Below are positions 1 through 9,061 of a DNA stretch of 14,799 bases, one piece after another. The DNA lies in the NCBI RefSeq assembly GCF_006345805.1, contig NW_021825733.1:1-14799 (forward strand), written 5' to 3'. Origin of the DNA: Octopus sinensis. Lineage: Eukaryota. The position numbers were made by a program, and so were the translations under genes. Positions within the stretch are counted from its first letter, which is position 1. Each line of letters opens with the position of its first letter. The notes below the pieces were generated by a model. The model was not told the origin of the DNA, did not search any database, and was given only the letters and a program-made list of their open reading frames with translations.

Positions 1-414
1 CTTAAACAATTGAAACCAGTAGCATATGTATTTTGATAAACGTGTAAATACTTTTCTTCCATTTTTCATGATAGATACATTGATAGATAGACAGATATAG
101 AAGAAAGACGAAAATTAGATACCAGTTATATCTTTCCCAGTTGCCTTCGCTAAGCAGAGTAATGCATTTGCCTCTCGCCAACTTCCAACAAGCTCTCCCT
201 CCTCCAGCTGACAGTTTTTTGTACTTTTCCATGACGGAAAATACAAAAATTCACCTTTTCTGGCAGTTATAATGAAATTACTTTCTTATATCAGAGTAAT
301 AAGGCATTTCAATGAAAATATTTACTCCGGGAATATAATATATATATACTATATATTTCTATATATAATATATATATAGGTGAGAAAGTTGTGTGTGTGA
401 AAGTACGTGGTTGA

Positions 415-839
415 ATATATAGAAAATAGTTAAAATGTGAAAAAATACAGAAGGCTTGTTTTAAAAGGTTAAAAAATATATATTTGAGTCATTATGTCTG
501 AAGAATGTTATAAATTTTTTTCAACATTCTTATACAGAGAAACTCACCCCCCCCCCCAAAAAAAGGCAAGAAATATTAAGCGATTATCTCCCTTACACCG
601 GAAGAAATAACTTATTACCTCCCCTTATCTGGAACTCTTCTTTACACTTCTCAACGAAAACATAACGATGTAAGAAATTTGAAAAGCTGAACGCGAAACC
701 GGTCATTTCTTCAAAAACTATGTCATTGTATGAAAGAAATTTATAACATTCTTCAGACATAATGACTCAAATATGTATTTTTTAACCTTTTAAAACAAGC
801 CTTCTGTAGTTTTTTCACTTTTTACTATTTTCTATATAT
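415..839. mobile_element. Foldback/MITE-like element with 109-bp inverted arms (415-523 and 731-839) and a 207-bp spacer; family unassigned
   Basis: The reverse complement of 731-839 matches 415-523 (ATATATAGAAAATAGT...GGCTTGTTTTAAAAGGTTAAAAAATA...GTTATAAATTT.TTTCA) with 3 substitutions and 2 single-base indels. Both ends lie in TA-rich sequence. Confidence 0.7.
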
Positions 840-852
840 ATATATGTATATG

Positions 853-883
<31 letters not shown>

Positions 884-956
884 AGATATAGATATATGTA
901 TACATACATACATACATACATACATACATACATACATACATACATACATACATACA

Positions 957-987
<31 letters not shown>
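833..987. repeat. Compound microsatellite (TA)n/(TATAGA)n/(TACA)n
   Basis: Seen directly; source of the spurious MYVC ORF at 815-1069. Confidence 0.95.
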
Positions 988-988
<1 letters not shown>

Positions 989-1029
989 CGTGTGCGTGTG
1001 TGTGAATGTGTGTATTCGTGTGTGTAGAA

Positions 1030-1365
1030 TAACGATCACCTTCGGAAATGAATGACCATGGGACTGCACCTAAAAAGTTCCCCTCCTAGGCACAAGTCTG
1101 AACAAGATTGTTTATGGGAGATCAGCAATCTCCCATGCATACCAGCCTCCCCTCTTCACACCACCGATATTATCCAAGGGAAAGGCAAAGGACGATACAG
1201 GTTGGCACCAATGACGTCGCATCTCATTCCTAGAACTGAGTGAACTGGAGCAACCTGAAAGAAAGTGTCTTGCAAAAAAACACAACACATAGCCCGGTCT
1301 GGGAATCGAACTCACTATTTCATGGTTGTGAGCATGGCGCTCTAACCACTGACCCATACGCCTTC
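1030..1365 (-). mobile_element. tRNA-derived SINE with CORE-like centre and a tail unlike the other copies
   Basis: Minus strand starts GAAGGCGTATGGGTCAGTGGTTAG (A box)...GAGTTCGATTCCCAGACCGGG (B box), then TTGTGTTTTTTGCAAGACACTTTCTTTCAGGTTGCTCCAGTTCACTCAG, homologous to the centre of the SINE at 6375-6700. The 3' boundary is approximate and no TSD was seen. Confidence 0.85.
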
Positions 1366-1374
1366 ACTAAAGAC

Positions 1375-1491
1375 GTTTACAACACCTAGGTTTCCCAAGC
1401 GGTCACCCATCTAAATACTAACTAGGGTCGACATTGCTTAAGTTCGGTGATCGGCGAGAACCAATGTTTTCAACGTTATACAGCCGTAAAG
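1375..1491 (-). pseudogene. 5S rRNA pseudogene, near full length (117 nt)
   Basis: Minus strand CTTTACGGCTGTATAACGTTGAAAACATTGGTTCTCGCCGATCACCGAACTTAAGCAATGTCGACCCTAGTTAGTATTTAGATGGGTGACCGCTTGGGAAACCTAGGTGTTGTAAAC aligns end to end with invertebrate/mollusc-type 5S. It has many C>T/G>A changes, two 1-nt deletions and altered box A and box C. Confidence 0.93.
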
Positions 1492-1497
1492 AAAAAA
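1492..1497 (-). terminator. T6 run, Pol III terminator-like, between the tRNA-Asn and 5S copies
   Basis: Minus strand after the tRNA reads AGCTTACTC-TTTTTT, immediately followed by 5S position 1. Confidence 0.5.
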
Positions 1498-1506
1498 GAG
1501 TAAGCT

Positions 1507-1580
1507 CATCCGTGGGTGGGCTCGAACCACCAACTTTTCGATTAACTGCCGAACGCGCTAACCGATTGTACCATAGAGAA
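1507..1580 (-). pseudogene. trnN: tRNA-Asn(GTT) pseudogene (74 nt)
   Basis: Minus strand TTCTCTATGGTACAATCGGTTAGCGCGTTCGGCAGTTAATCGAAAAGTTGGTGGTTCGAGCCCACCCACGGATG matches metazoan tRNA-Asn. The GTT anticodon and B box are intact, but the acceptor stem has three mispairs and U33 is changed to A. Confidence 0.92.
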
Positions 1581-1600
1581 TGCTCTCTGTACGTCTAGAG

Positions 1601-1801
1601 CAGTGCTTTTCAAACTTTTTGCTGGAGCGGCACTCCAAGGAAACATTCCACTGGCTCGAGGAACCCCTGTGCAATAATTTAATAGTCTTATGCACACATA
1701 TCTGCTCAGGAGAATTAAAAATTACTGCCGATTTTAGCAGTTTTGTAACTTCTTGCGGAACCCCTGGACTGTACTGGCGGAACCCTGGTTGAAAACCACT
1801 G
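1601..1801. mobile_element. Non-autonomous hAT (Charlie-like) MITE, 201 bp, complete
   Basis: TIRs CAGTGCTTTTCAAAC / GTTGAAAACCACTG. Perfect 8-bp TSD GTCTAGAG at 1593-1600 and 1802-1809, fitting the NTCTAGAN preference of Charlie elements. Internal repeated GGAACCC(C)T motifs. Confidence 0.9.
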
Positions 1802-2050
1802 GTCTAGAGACTGTTAGACTGTTACACTATAGAATACCAGACGAGTATACGTTTAATTAATTTACATGTTATCATACGCAGTGGTGTGGTACACACATAT
1901 ACGTATGCAAGAAAGACTCACAAATACACGCACGTACGCACACAGTCTCGCTTGTGGTTACAATCCCAGTCACACAGTGATAGACACAAACATCCCCCAC
2001 CAGCGTGCAAACGCTTCATATCCTCAGCTATACACATCAGAAACATTCAT

Positions 2051-2444
2051 TTTCTTTTGGAAGCACTCCGTCGGTTACGACGACGAGGGTTCCGGTTGAT
2101 CCGAATCAACGGAACAGCCTGCTCGTGAAATTAACGTGTAAGTGGCTGAACACTCCACAGACACGTGTACCCTTAACGTAGTTCTCGGGGATATTCAGCG
2201 TGACACAGAGAGGGACAAGGCCGGCCCTTTGAAATACAGGTACAACAGAAACAGGAAGTAAGAGTGAGAGAAAGTTGTGGTGAAAGAGTACAGCAGGGAT
2301 CACCACCATCCCCTGCCGGAGCCTCGTGGAGCTTTAAGTGTTTTCGCTCAATAAACACTCATAACGCCCGGTCTGGGAATCGAAACCGCGATCCTATGAC
2401 CGCGAGTCCGCTGCCCTAACCACTGGGCCATTGCGCCTCCACTT
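2051..2444 (-). mobile_element. Full-length tRNA(Arg)-like SINE with 11-bp TSD
   Basis: Minus head GGAGGCGCAATGGCCCAGTGGTTAGGGCAGCGGACTCGCGGTC...GTTTCGATTCCCAGACCGGG with a TCG anticodon-like loop. The tail ...GAGAACTACGTTAAGGGTACACGT...ACCCTCGTCGTCGTAACCGACGGAGT is shared with 6375-6700. TSD GAAACATTCAT at 2040-2050 and 2445-2455. Confidence 0.92.
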
Positions 2445-2451
2445 GAAACAT

Positions 2452-2706
2452 TCATATGCATACGCACACACACAATACACACAACACACACATACACACA
2501 CAAACACACACATGAACTAATATGCACACACTCATGCGCACACACATGCATGTACACGCACGCAGACGTACACACAACACCATGCCGCGCACATAGATAT
2601 ATTTCATATCCACAATCACGCACATCACATACACGTACATTCACATAGTCACAAGGACACACAGACATATACTTCAACACTCCATTTTGGCAAACACACA
2701 CACCAA

Positions 2707-2755
<49 letters not shown>

Positions 2756-3010
2756 ACACACACTACATGAACACAACCATGCATTCCACTCCCCAAGAAC
2801 GTACATCACACACACACAAAGAAACACACGCATACACATTCACACATAAACGCATGCACACACACACACACACACACACAACACACATACACACTTACAC
2901 TCTCACACACACACACACACGCGCTCGCGCTCGCACGCACACTTAGAAACACTACAAACACAGCGGCATACCTACATACGCACAACACAAATTACAAATA
3001 CACTACACAC
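2452..3010. repeat. Long degenerate (CA)n/(CATA)n microsatellite field
   Basis: Seen directly; source of the VCVC/THTH ORFs. Confidence 0.9.
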
Positions 3011-3300
3011 ATTCCAAATATATGCTGTATACATACGCATACACTATAACCTATAACCTATAATGCCTGGAGAGCATTATAAGCGCCCAGCCGGATCAGT
3101 GCACTGGACCCTATAAGTATTTACTGCCAGCAAGCCGCGACATACATAGATGAGATTTGGGTCCCTAAACATGTGAAGTACTCGAACTGCCAATGTGCTC
3201 ATGTTGTAGGTCGGCACAGCTCGTATGCTACATACACATACATTAAACTCACACACACACACACGTGCACTGTACAAAATACACATATAAGTTTCACACC

Positions 3301-3600
3301 CAGGGCCGGGTTAAGACCCATAGAGGTCCAAAGCATATAAAAGATTTTGGTGACCTCATATATACTCGAATGTAATTCAAAATATAAATAATAATAAAAC
3401 CATAAAATAATTTTTTATTTTTCAGAATGAAACGAAACAAATAATAAGAGGGAAAATAATGTTTATTTTTGTATATTTTCACTTTATTTATATTTGAAGA
3501 GTTTTCTTCTACTCTTTTTAATTGCAAAGTCTTTCTTCACATCCTCAAAACTAATCTTACGTAACACATCTGCTTCTATAATTAATAGAGGTAAAGCATC
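3301..3600 (-). mobile_element. 3' end of a hAT transposon: transposase C-terminal relic, 3' region and terminal repeat
   Basis: Minus 3600-3484 translates DALPLLIIEADVLRKISFEDVKKDFAIKKSRRKLFKYK*, resembling the end of the hAT dimerisation domain. An AT-rich region follows, then a CAGGGCCGG terminus at 3301. Confidence 0.72.
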
Positions 3601-3734
3601 CCGAATATTATTTTAGCCAGTTTAAAGCGCTTTCTTTTGTGCCGTAAACCATTTCCCATTTCTATTGTGCCCTCCCTCTTCTCTTCAAGCTCTAAGTACA
3701 TACTTATTTTGCTTAATGGTTAGCCTAGCGCTGT

Positions 3735-3907
3735 TCATACACATACACAACAAATGTACGACACACATACACATGATACACAAACTAGACATACTACACA
3801 AACTATATACACACCCTTACACATACGCACCCATACATTCAGGAACACACACACACATACATACATACACACACGCGCACGCACACACACACACACACAC
3901 ACACACA
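3735..3907. repeat. Degenerate (CA)n microsatellite
   Basis: Seen directly. Confidence 0.9.
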
Positions 3908-4022
3908 ACACCAATCGAATCAACTTAGGTGACTCAACCTGTATCCCTTAACTTGTTAAAAACAGTAGCCACATCTCACTCGAATCGTAAATGCAATCGT
4001 CTTAGAAAAAAATACACCATAT

Positions 4023-4167
4023 CAGTCATGGCCAACCAGCGACCCATGGATCTTTTTGCGTGGCACATCGAACGAGAAATTATCTTGAATTTTTTAGTAG
4101 TGCAGCCCGCCTCGGAATGAGACTTGTCTCATGCAGCTCGCTTCTCGAGAAAGGCGATGCATGCCTG
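4023..4167. mobile_element. Degenerate hAT-type MITE
   Basis: Left end CAGTCATGGCCAACC; right end on the reverse strand CAGGCATGCATCGCC. Flanking 8-mers CACCATAT (4015-4022) and CAACAGAT (4168-4175) match 6/8, consistent with a decayed TSD. Confidence 0.45.
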
Positions 4168-4369
4168 CAACAGATAACGGTGTTTCTGGGTTCCCTGTTC
4201 ATAAGAAAAGACGTGATGATCACGGCGGGAACGCTTTTATTGACATGTCAGCTCGACCATTGCTCACCTGTGGCTAAACAATACACTCAAACACACACAC
4301 ACACACATGCACAAACAAACGCACATATACACATTTAACAATCTCCACCTCATTACATACCTTTTACCT

Positions 4370-4590
4370 TTATGTTTTCTTACTTGTTCGAGTCAATCGA
4401 ACGCGGCCATGCTGGGGCAACGCCTTCAAACGTTTAGTCGAACAAATCGATACTAGTACTTATACATATTTTTTAAAGATCCTGGTACTTATCCTATCGG
4501 TCTCTTTTGCCAAACTGTCAACTTACGGGGACGTAAATAAACCCAACAACAGCTGTCAACTGGTGTTGGTGAACAAATACATACATAAAG

Positions 4591-4623
<33 letters not shown>

Positions 4624-4782
4624 ATGAATCTCTTTCAGTTTTTGCCTACCGAATCCACTCACAAGGCTTTGATCAGTCGGGGGCTATAGGAGAAAATATT
4701 TCGCCAAGGTGCCAATAGAGTGGGACTGAACCTGAAACCATATGATTCGGAAGGCAGCTTCTTAACACACAGGCATACCTGG
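4370..4782 (-). mobile_element. tRNA-derived SINE with CORE-like motif and internal (TG)n microsatellite
   Basis: Minus head CAGGTATGCCTGTGTGTTAAGAAGC...GGTTCAGTCCCACT...CACCTTGGCGAAATA. Internal (CA)n at ~4590-4620. The tail GGCGTTGCCCCAGCATGGCCGC matches the fragment at 10493-10548. Confidence 0.82.
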
Positions 4783-4814
4783 TATAATCAAGTTCGCAAC
4801 AGATATACATTCTG

Positions 4815-4918
4815 TCCCTTCTCAAACACACATACACGCACGCGTGCACACACACATACACACACGCGCACGCGCACGCAGACGCACGCAGACACACACA
4901 TACACAACACATACAACA

Positions 4919-4967
<49 letters not shown>
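4815..4967. repeat. (CA)n/(CACG)n microsatellite
   Basis: Seen directly. Confidence 0.9.
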
Positions 4968-4968
<1 letters not shown>

Positions 4969-5089
4969 AAATCGTATTTCTTTGCAATAATTTTAATCTA
5001 ATTTTCATACGAAACGCTATTGGAATTAGTGTTTTATATATAAATATTTTATATATGTACCCTAAATATTTATGAAACCATAGACACAA

Positions 5090-5311
5090 CTAAGATATGT
5101 GTGAGTGTATGTGTGTGTTTGTGTGAGTACGTGTGTGTATATGTGTTTGTGTGTATATATATATATATACATAAATACACATGAATGTACGTATATATAT
5201 ATATGCATATATATATACACACACACACAAACATACATACATATATACATACATATACACATATGTAGATATACATATACCTATTTACATATATATGTAT
5301 ATATATGTATA

Positions 5312-5352
<41 letters not shown>

Positions 5353-5480
5353 TATATCCATATTAATGTGTACAGATACATATATACATCCCACAAATAT
5401 ACATAAATGCACACACATTTGCAACATACACCTACAAACACGTATACAACTATAGGTGTGTGTATGTCTACACACACATC
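5090..5480. repeat. Compound (TG)n/(TA)n/(CA)n microsatellite field
   Basis: Seen directly. Confidence 0.9.
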
Positions 5481-5540
5481 CGCAATCTCGCTTACATGTG
5501 TATGTATATATGCGTGCTTGCTAGTATGTAGGAAGGCGTG

Positions 5541-5710
5541 AATGTATGTATGTATGTATGTATGTATGTATGTATGTATGTATATGTATGTATGTATGTA
5601 TGTATGATTGTTTGTATGTATGTATGTATGTATGTATGTATGTATGTATGTATGTATGTATGTATGATTGTATGTATGTATGTATGTATGTATGTATGTA
5701 TGTATGTATG
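5541..5710. repeat. (TATG)n tetranucleotide microsatellite
   Basis: Seen directly; the variant TATGATTG occurs twice, 60 bp apart. Confidence 0.95.
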
Positions 5711-6374
5711 TGAGTGTTTGTATATAACTATACTCTAGTGGATACGCTAGTCTAATGGCGATCCATTACAGGAAAAATAATAAAGAGAGTAAACATAAAA
5801 TAAAAAGGAATTTCGAAAAGACACACTTATATAATAAAAATATAAGATCACCATGAATAAAATGTTCCAATTAAAAGGAAATTGAGAAAAATCCGTTAAT
5901 GTAGTGAATTATTAGGAGGTGATCAAATTTAGAGCGATCTAGTACCACCTATTATCGATTGAAGCAACATCAGAAGTAATATTACTTTCCAAATCTGTTC
6001 GTATTAACCATTTATGTTACTAATGTAATAAAGAGTTTTATTAGTGAGGACTCTCGTCGATTATCTCCCTTACTAACAAGATTGTGACCTTTAATAGCAT
6101 CGTATTTCGACTATACCCATCCTTAGTGTATCTTCTCACGGTTATCTACGTTTTAGTGCCATTTCTTTTTATGTTTGTACTACCGGCTCAGCTCTCATCT
6201 TCTACATTAGAAATAATACTGATTTCGGTTCTTGATAGTGTATTATATAGGCTCTTTATTCTTTTACTAGTTCCTGCCTTTAAGTTATTATCATACTGGG
6301 GCAATACCATTACAATTGAACGATTATCTACCTTACTGTATTTTCCGACATAAAAGTCGACATAGTATATACTG

Positions 6375-6700
6375 AGAGGGCGCGTGGCTTAGTGGTTAGG
6401 GGCATTCGGCTCATGATCGTAAGGTTGTGAGTTCGATTCCCGGCGACGCGTTGTGTCCTTGAGCAAGACACTTTATTTCACGTTGCTCCAGTCCACTCAG
6501 CTGGCAAAATGAGTTGTACTTGTATTTCAAAGGGTCAGCCTTGTCACTCTCTGTGTCAACGCTGATTATACCCGAGAACTACGTTAAGGGTACACGTTCC
6601 TGTGGAATGCTCAGCCCATTGCACGTTATTTTCACGAGCAAGCTGTTCCGTTGATCGTATCAGCTGGGACCCTCGTCGTCGTAACCGGCGGAGTCTTTTA
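6375..6700 (+). mobile_element. Full-length tRNA-derived CORE-like SINE with 11-bp TSD
   Basis: Head GAGGGCGCGTGGCTTAGTGGTTAGG...GAGTTCGATTCC; centre TTGTGTCCTTGAGCAAGACACTT...GCTCCAGTCCACTCAGCTGG; tail ...CCCTCGTCGTCGTAACCGGCGGAGT. TSD AGTATATACTG at 6364-6374 and 6701-6711. Confidence 0.93.
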
Positions 6701-6799
6701 AGTATATACTGTAAACCTTCAAACATCTTCACCATCTTCCCAAATTCCGCCGCATTTCACATGGAATTTTGGGCCCTGAAAAGTCGTCTTGACTTATGT

Positions 6800-6992
6800 C
6801 TAAAGGCATAAGGAGAAGCGGACTAGTCGATACCGTCGACCCCAGTGTTTCACTTGTACTTCATTTATCGACACCCGAAAGGATGTAAGGCAAAGTCGAC
6901 CTCGGCGGAATTTGAACTCAGATCATTAAGACGGGCGAAATGCCGCTAAGCATTTTTCCCGGCGAGCTAACGATTCCGTCAGCTCGCGGCCT
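6800..6992 (-). mobile_element. tRNA-derived SINE of a further family
   Basis: Minus strand GGCCGCGAGCTGACGGAATCGTTAGC (A box)...GAGTTCAAATTCC (B box), then GAGGTCGACTTTGCCTTACATCCTTTCGGGTGTCGATAAATGAAGTAC, recalling Meta/Sauria-type SINE central domains (inference). The 3' boundary is approximate. Confidence 0.82.
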
Positions 6993-7004
6993 TAATAATG
7001 ATGA

Positions 7005-7055
<51 letters not shown>

Positions 7056-7061
7056 TAATAA
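6993..7061. repeat. (TAA)n microsatellite, 5' flank of the LINE
   Basis: Seen directly. Confidence 0.95.
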
Positions 7062-8550
7062 TGTTCAAGCAGTCTTAAAATCTGAGTTCAATGCACGTAA
7101 CAAGGTGTTAGCTATAAATCCCTTAGCAGTTCCGATTGTTATTTACAGTTTCAATGTGTTGAACTGGAATCTGAACGAAATAAGGAAGAATGACAGGAAA
7201 ATCCGTCAGCTGCTGACTTGCAATAAGATGCACTACCCAAAGACAGACGCAGACCGTCTTTACCTACCCAGAGCTTAAGAAGGTCGAGGCTTGATCCAAT
7301 ATGAAATCTCTTACAAAACCACCACAATCAGACTGGCAAAATATCTTGAAACATCTAACGAGCGGAAGCTAAAGCTCGTTGAAAACCACAAAAGAGGTAA
7401 AAAAAAAATTCATTCTATTAAGAAGGAGAGCAAAAACTTTTCAAGTGCGTTCATTCATAATACCCAGGTTGAACAGCACAATAGATGTGCAGCAACTGTA
7501 GTTGCAAAGAAGGTGAAACCAATTGCAAAGCAAAATGCGTTTGAACAATTGAATGATAGGTGGGAACAAAAACCTCTGCATGGCAAATATGTGGCCCGTA
7601 GCAAGCAAGTTGATGTAGACCAGAAACACACACATCAGTGGCTACGGCGCTCAGAGCTAAAGGCAGAGAGTGAAGGCTTTATTTTGGCTGCTCAAAATCA
7701 GAGTTTATTAACCCGGAACTATCGAGCCAATCTGTTGAAAAATGGTGTAGACCCAAAGTACCGATACTGCAACTATGGGATTGAAACAGTAGATCCCCTA
7801 ATCTCTGGGTGTAAGGTTTTAGCACCTGTAGAGTACAGATCAAGGCATGACAGAGTTGGCCAATATTTACACTGGATAATGCGTCGGCATTATAAAATTA
7901 AAACTGCTGACAAATGGTACAAATACCACCCTGGGGCTGTAACTGAGGGAGAAAATGTAACAATTCTTTGAGACTTGCCAGTATGTACAGACCAGACCAT
8001 AAAAGCAAGCAAACCGGATATTGTTGTGAAAGAACAAAACAATAAAGTATGTTTACTGATTCACATGAGCATACCCTGTGACCATAATATCTCGGCAAAA
8101 TAATTTGATAAGCTCAGAAAATATAAAGATTTGCTCATCGAAATCGAAAAGATGTGACATCTCAAGACGGTTACAATACCTGTGATTGCAGGAGCACTTG
8201 GAATGATCAAAATAGGAACTGAAGATTATTTAAGAATAATCCCTGGCTTACCATCTATAAAGGAAGTGCAAAAGATTGTCTTAACTGGTACATCACACGT
8301 ATTAAGAAGAGCGTTGTCGCTATGAATTTTCTTTCCCCCTTTTTCCCCTTTATTTTCTTTGTTTATTTTTTATTTTTATTTTTCCCTTTTCTCTCTGTCC
8401 TTCTTCCCTTCTTTCTCTATCACATAACTTTGTAAATGAACAATCTGTTGTGTTTATTTTAATAGCCTACCAATGCATACAGTGCGTTTCTCTGCCCTAG
8501 GTGTCAGGAAGACACTCGGCAAGAAATGGGAACATAATTGAAAGATGATA
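7062..8550 (+). mobile_element. 5'-truncated R4/Dong-clade non-LTR retrotransposon (post-RT region, zinc knuckle, restriction-like endonuclease, 3' UTR); inactive
   Basis: A single frame from 7063 to 8325 has premature stops at 7276, 7969, 8101 and 8155. Motifs: DRLYLPRA*EGRGL, KPLHGKY, decayed CCHC knuckle YRYCNYGIETVDPLISGC, RHDRVGQYLHW, KPDIVV...LLIHMSIP, IPVIAGALG, end HVLRRALSL*. A pyrimidine-rich 3' UTR with a GTGTC-AGGAA-GACAC hairpin (8501-8515) runs into (TAA)n. Confidence 0.9.
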
Positions 8551-8713
<163 letters not shown>

Positions 8714-8715
8714 TA

Positions 8716-8866
8716 ATTGGAGTGACAAAAGAAAAGATCCATATGGAAAAGAAGAATCCAGGCAGGGTTAGACCGAAAAGAGAAAAGGGAACTTAAAAGC
8801 GAACAAAAATATAGGGCGCTGAAAAGGAAGTATAATATTGAAAGAAAGGGCTTGAAAGTAGTAATT
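8716..8866 (+). mobile_element. Short internal fragment of an R4/Dong-like LINE ORF (pre-RT region)
   Basis: 8744-8866 reads WKRRIQAGLDRKEKRELKSEQKYRALKRKYNIERKGLKVVI, recalling the PWWKRR...RKY.I..KGL..VIEELKQR segment upstream of RT in R4/Dong proteins. Recognised from memory only. Confidence 0.5.
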
Positions 8867-8947
8867 TCACATGATAACTATGGCACTCTTCTATTTCTTT
8901 CTCTATAACTTCTGTAGGAGTTACCTCAGTCCTATATAATCTTAACA

Positions 8948-9061
<114 letters not shown>

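Noticed and set aside
60-170. Minus-strand ATTACTCTGCTTAGCGAAGGC followed by TCTG/TCTA repeats, reminiscent of a Helentron/HINE 5' end
   Set aside because: Too degenerate; no paired subterminal repeat or 3' hairpin was found.
1375-1580. Calling the 5S and tRNA-Asn functional genes
   Set aside because: The acceptor stem is broken, U33 is mutated, the 5S box A and box C are altered and there are indels, so both are treated as pseudogenes.
3076-3210. GC-richer island with GGACCC/GGGTCC and possible MITE-like ends
   Set aside because: No convincing TIR pair or TSD could be defined.
5601-5670. TATGATTG variant repeated 60 bp apart in (TATG)n
   Set aside because: Ordinary slippage duplication within a microsatellite.
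6084-6353. 89-aa hydrophobic ORF resembling a membrane protein
   Set aside because: The hydrophobicity follows from a T-rich strand, it has a non-ATG start and no recognisable motif.
6741-6915. 12-bp inverted match CAAATTCCGCCG / CGGCGGAATTTG
   Set aside because: One copy is part of the SINE B-box region; it is short, isolated and does not extend.
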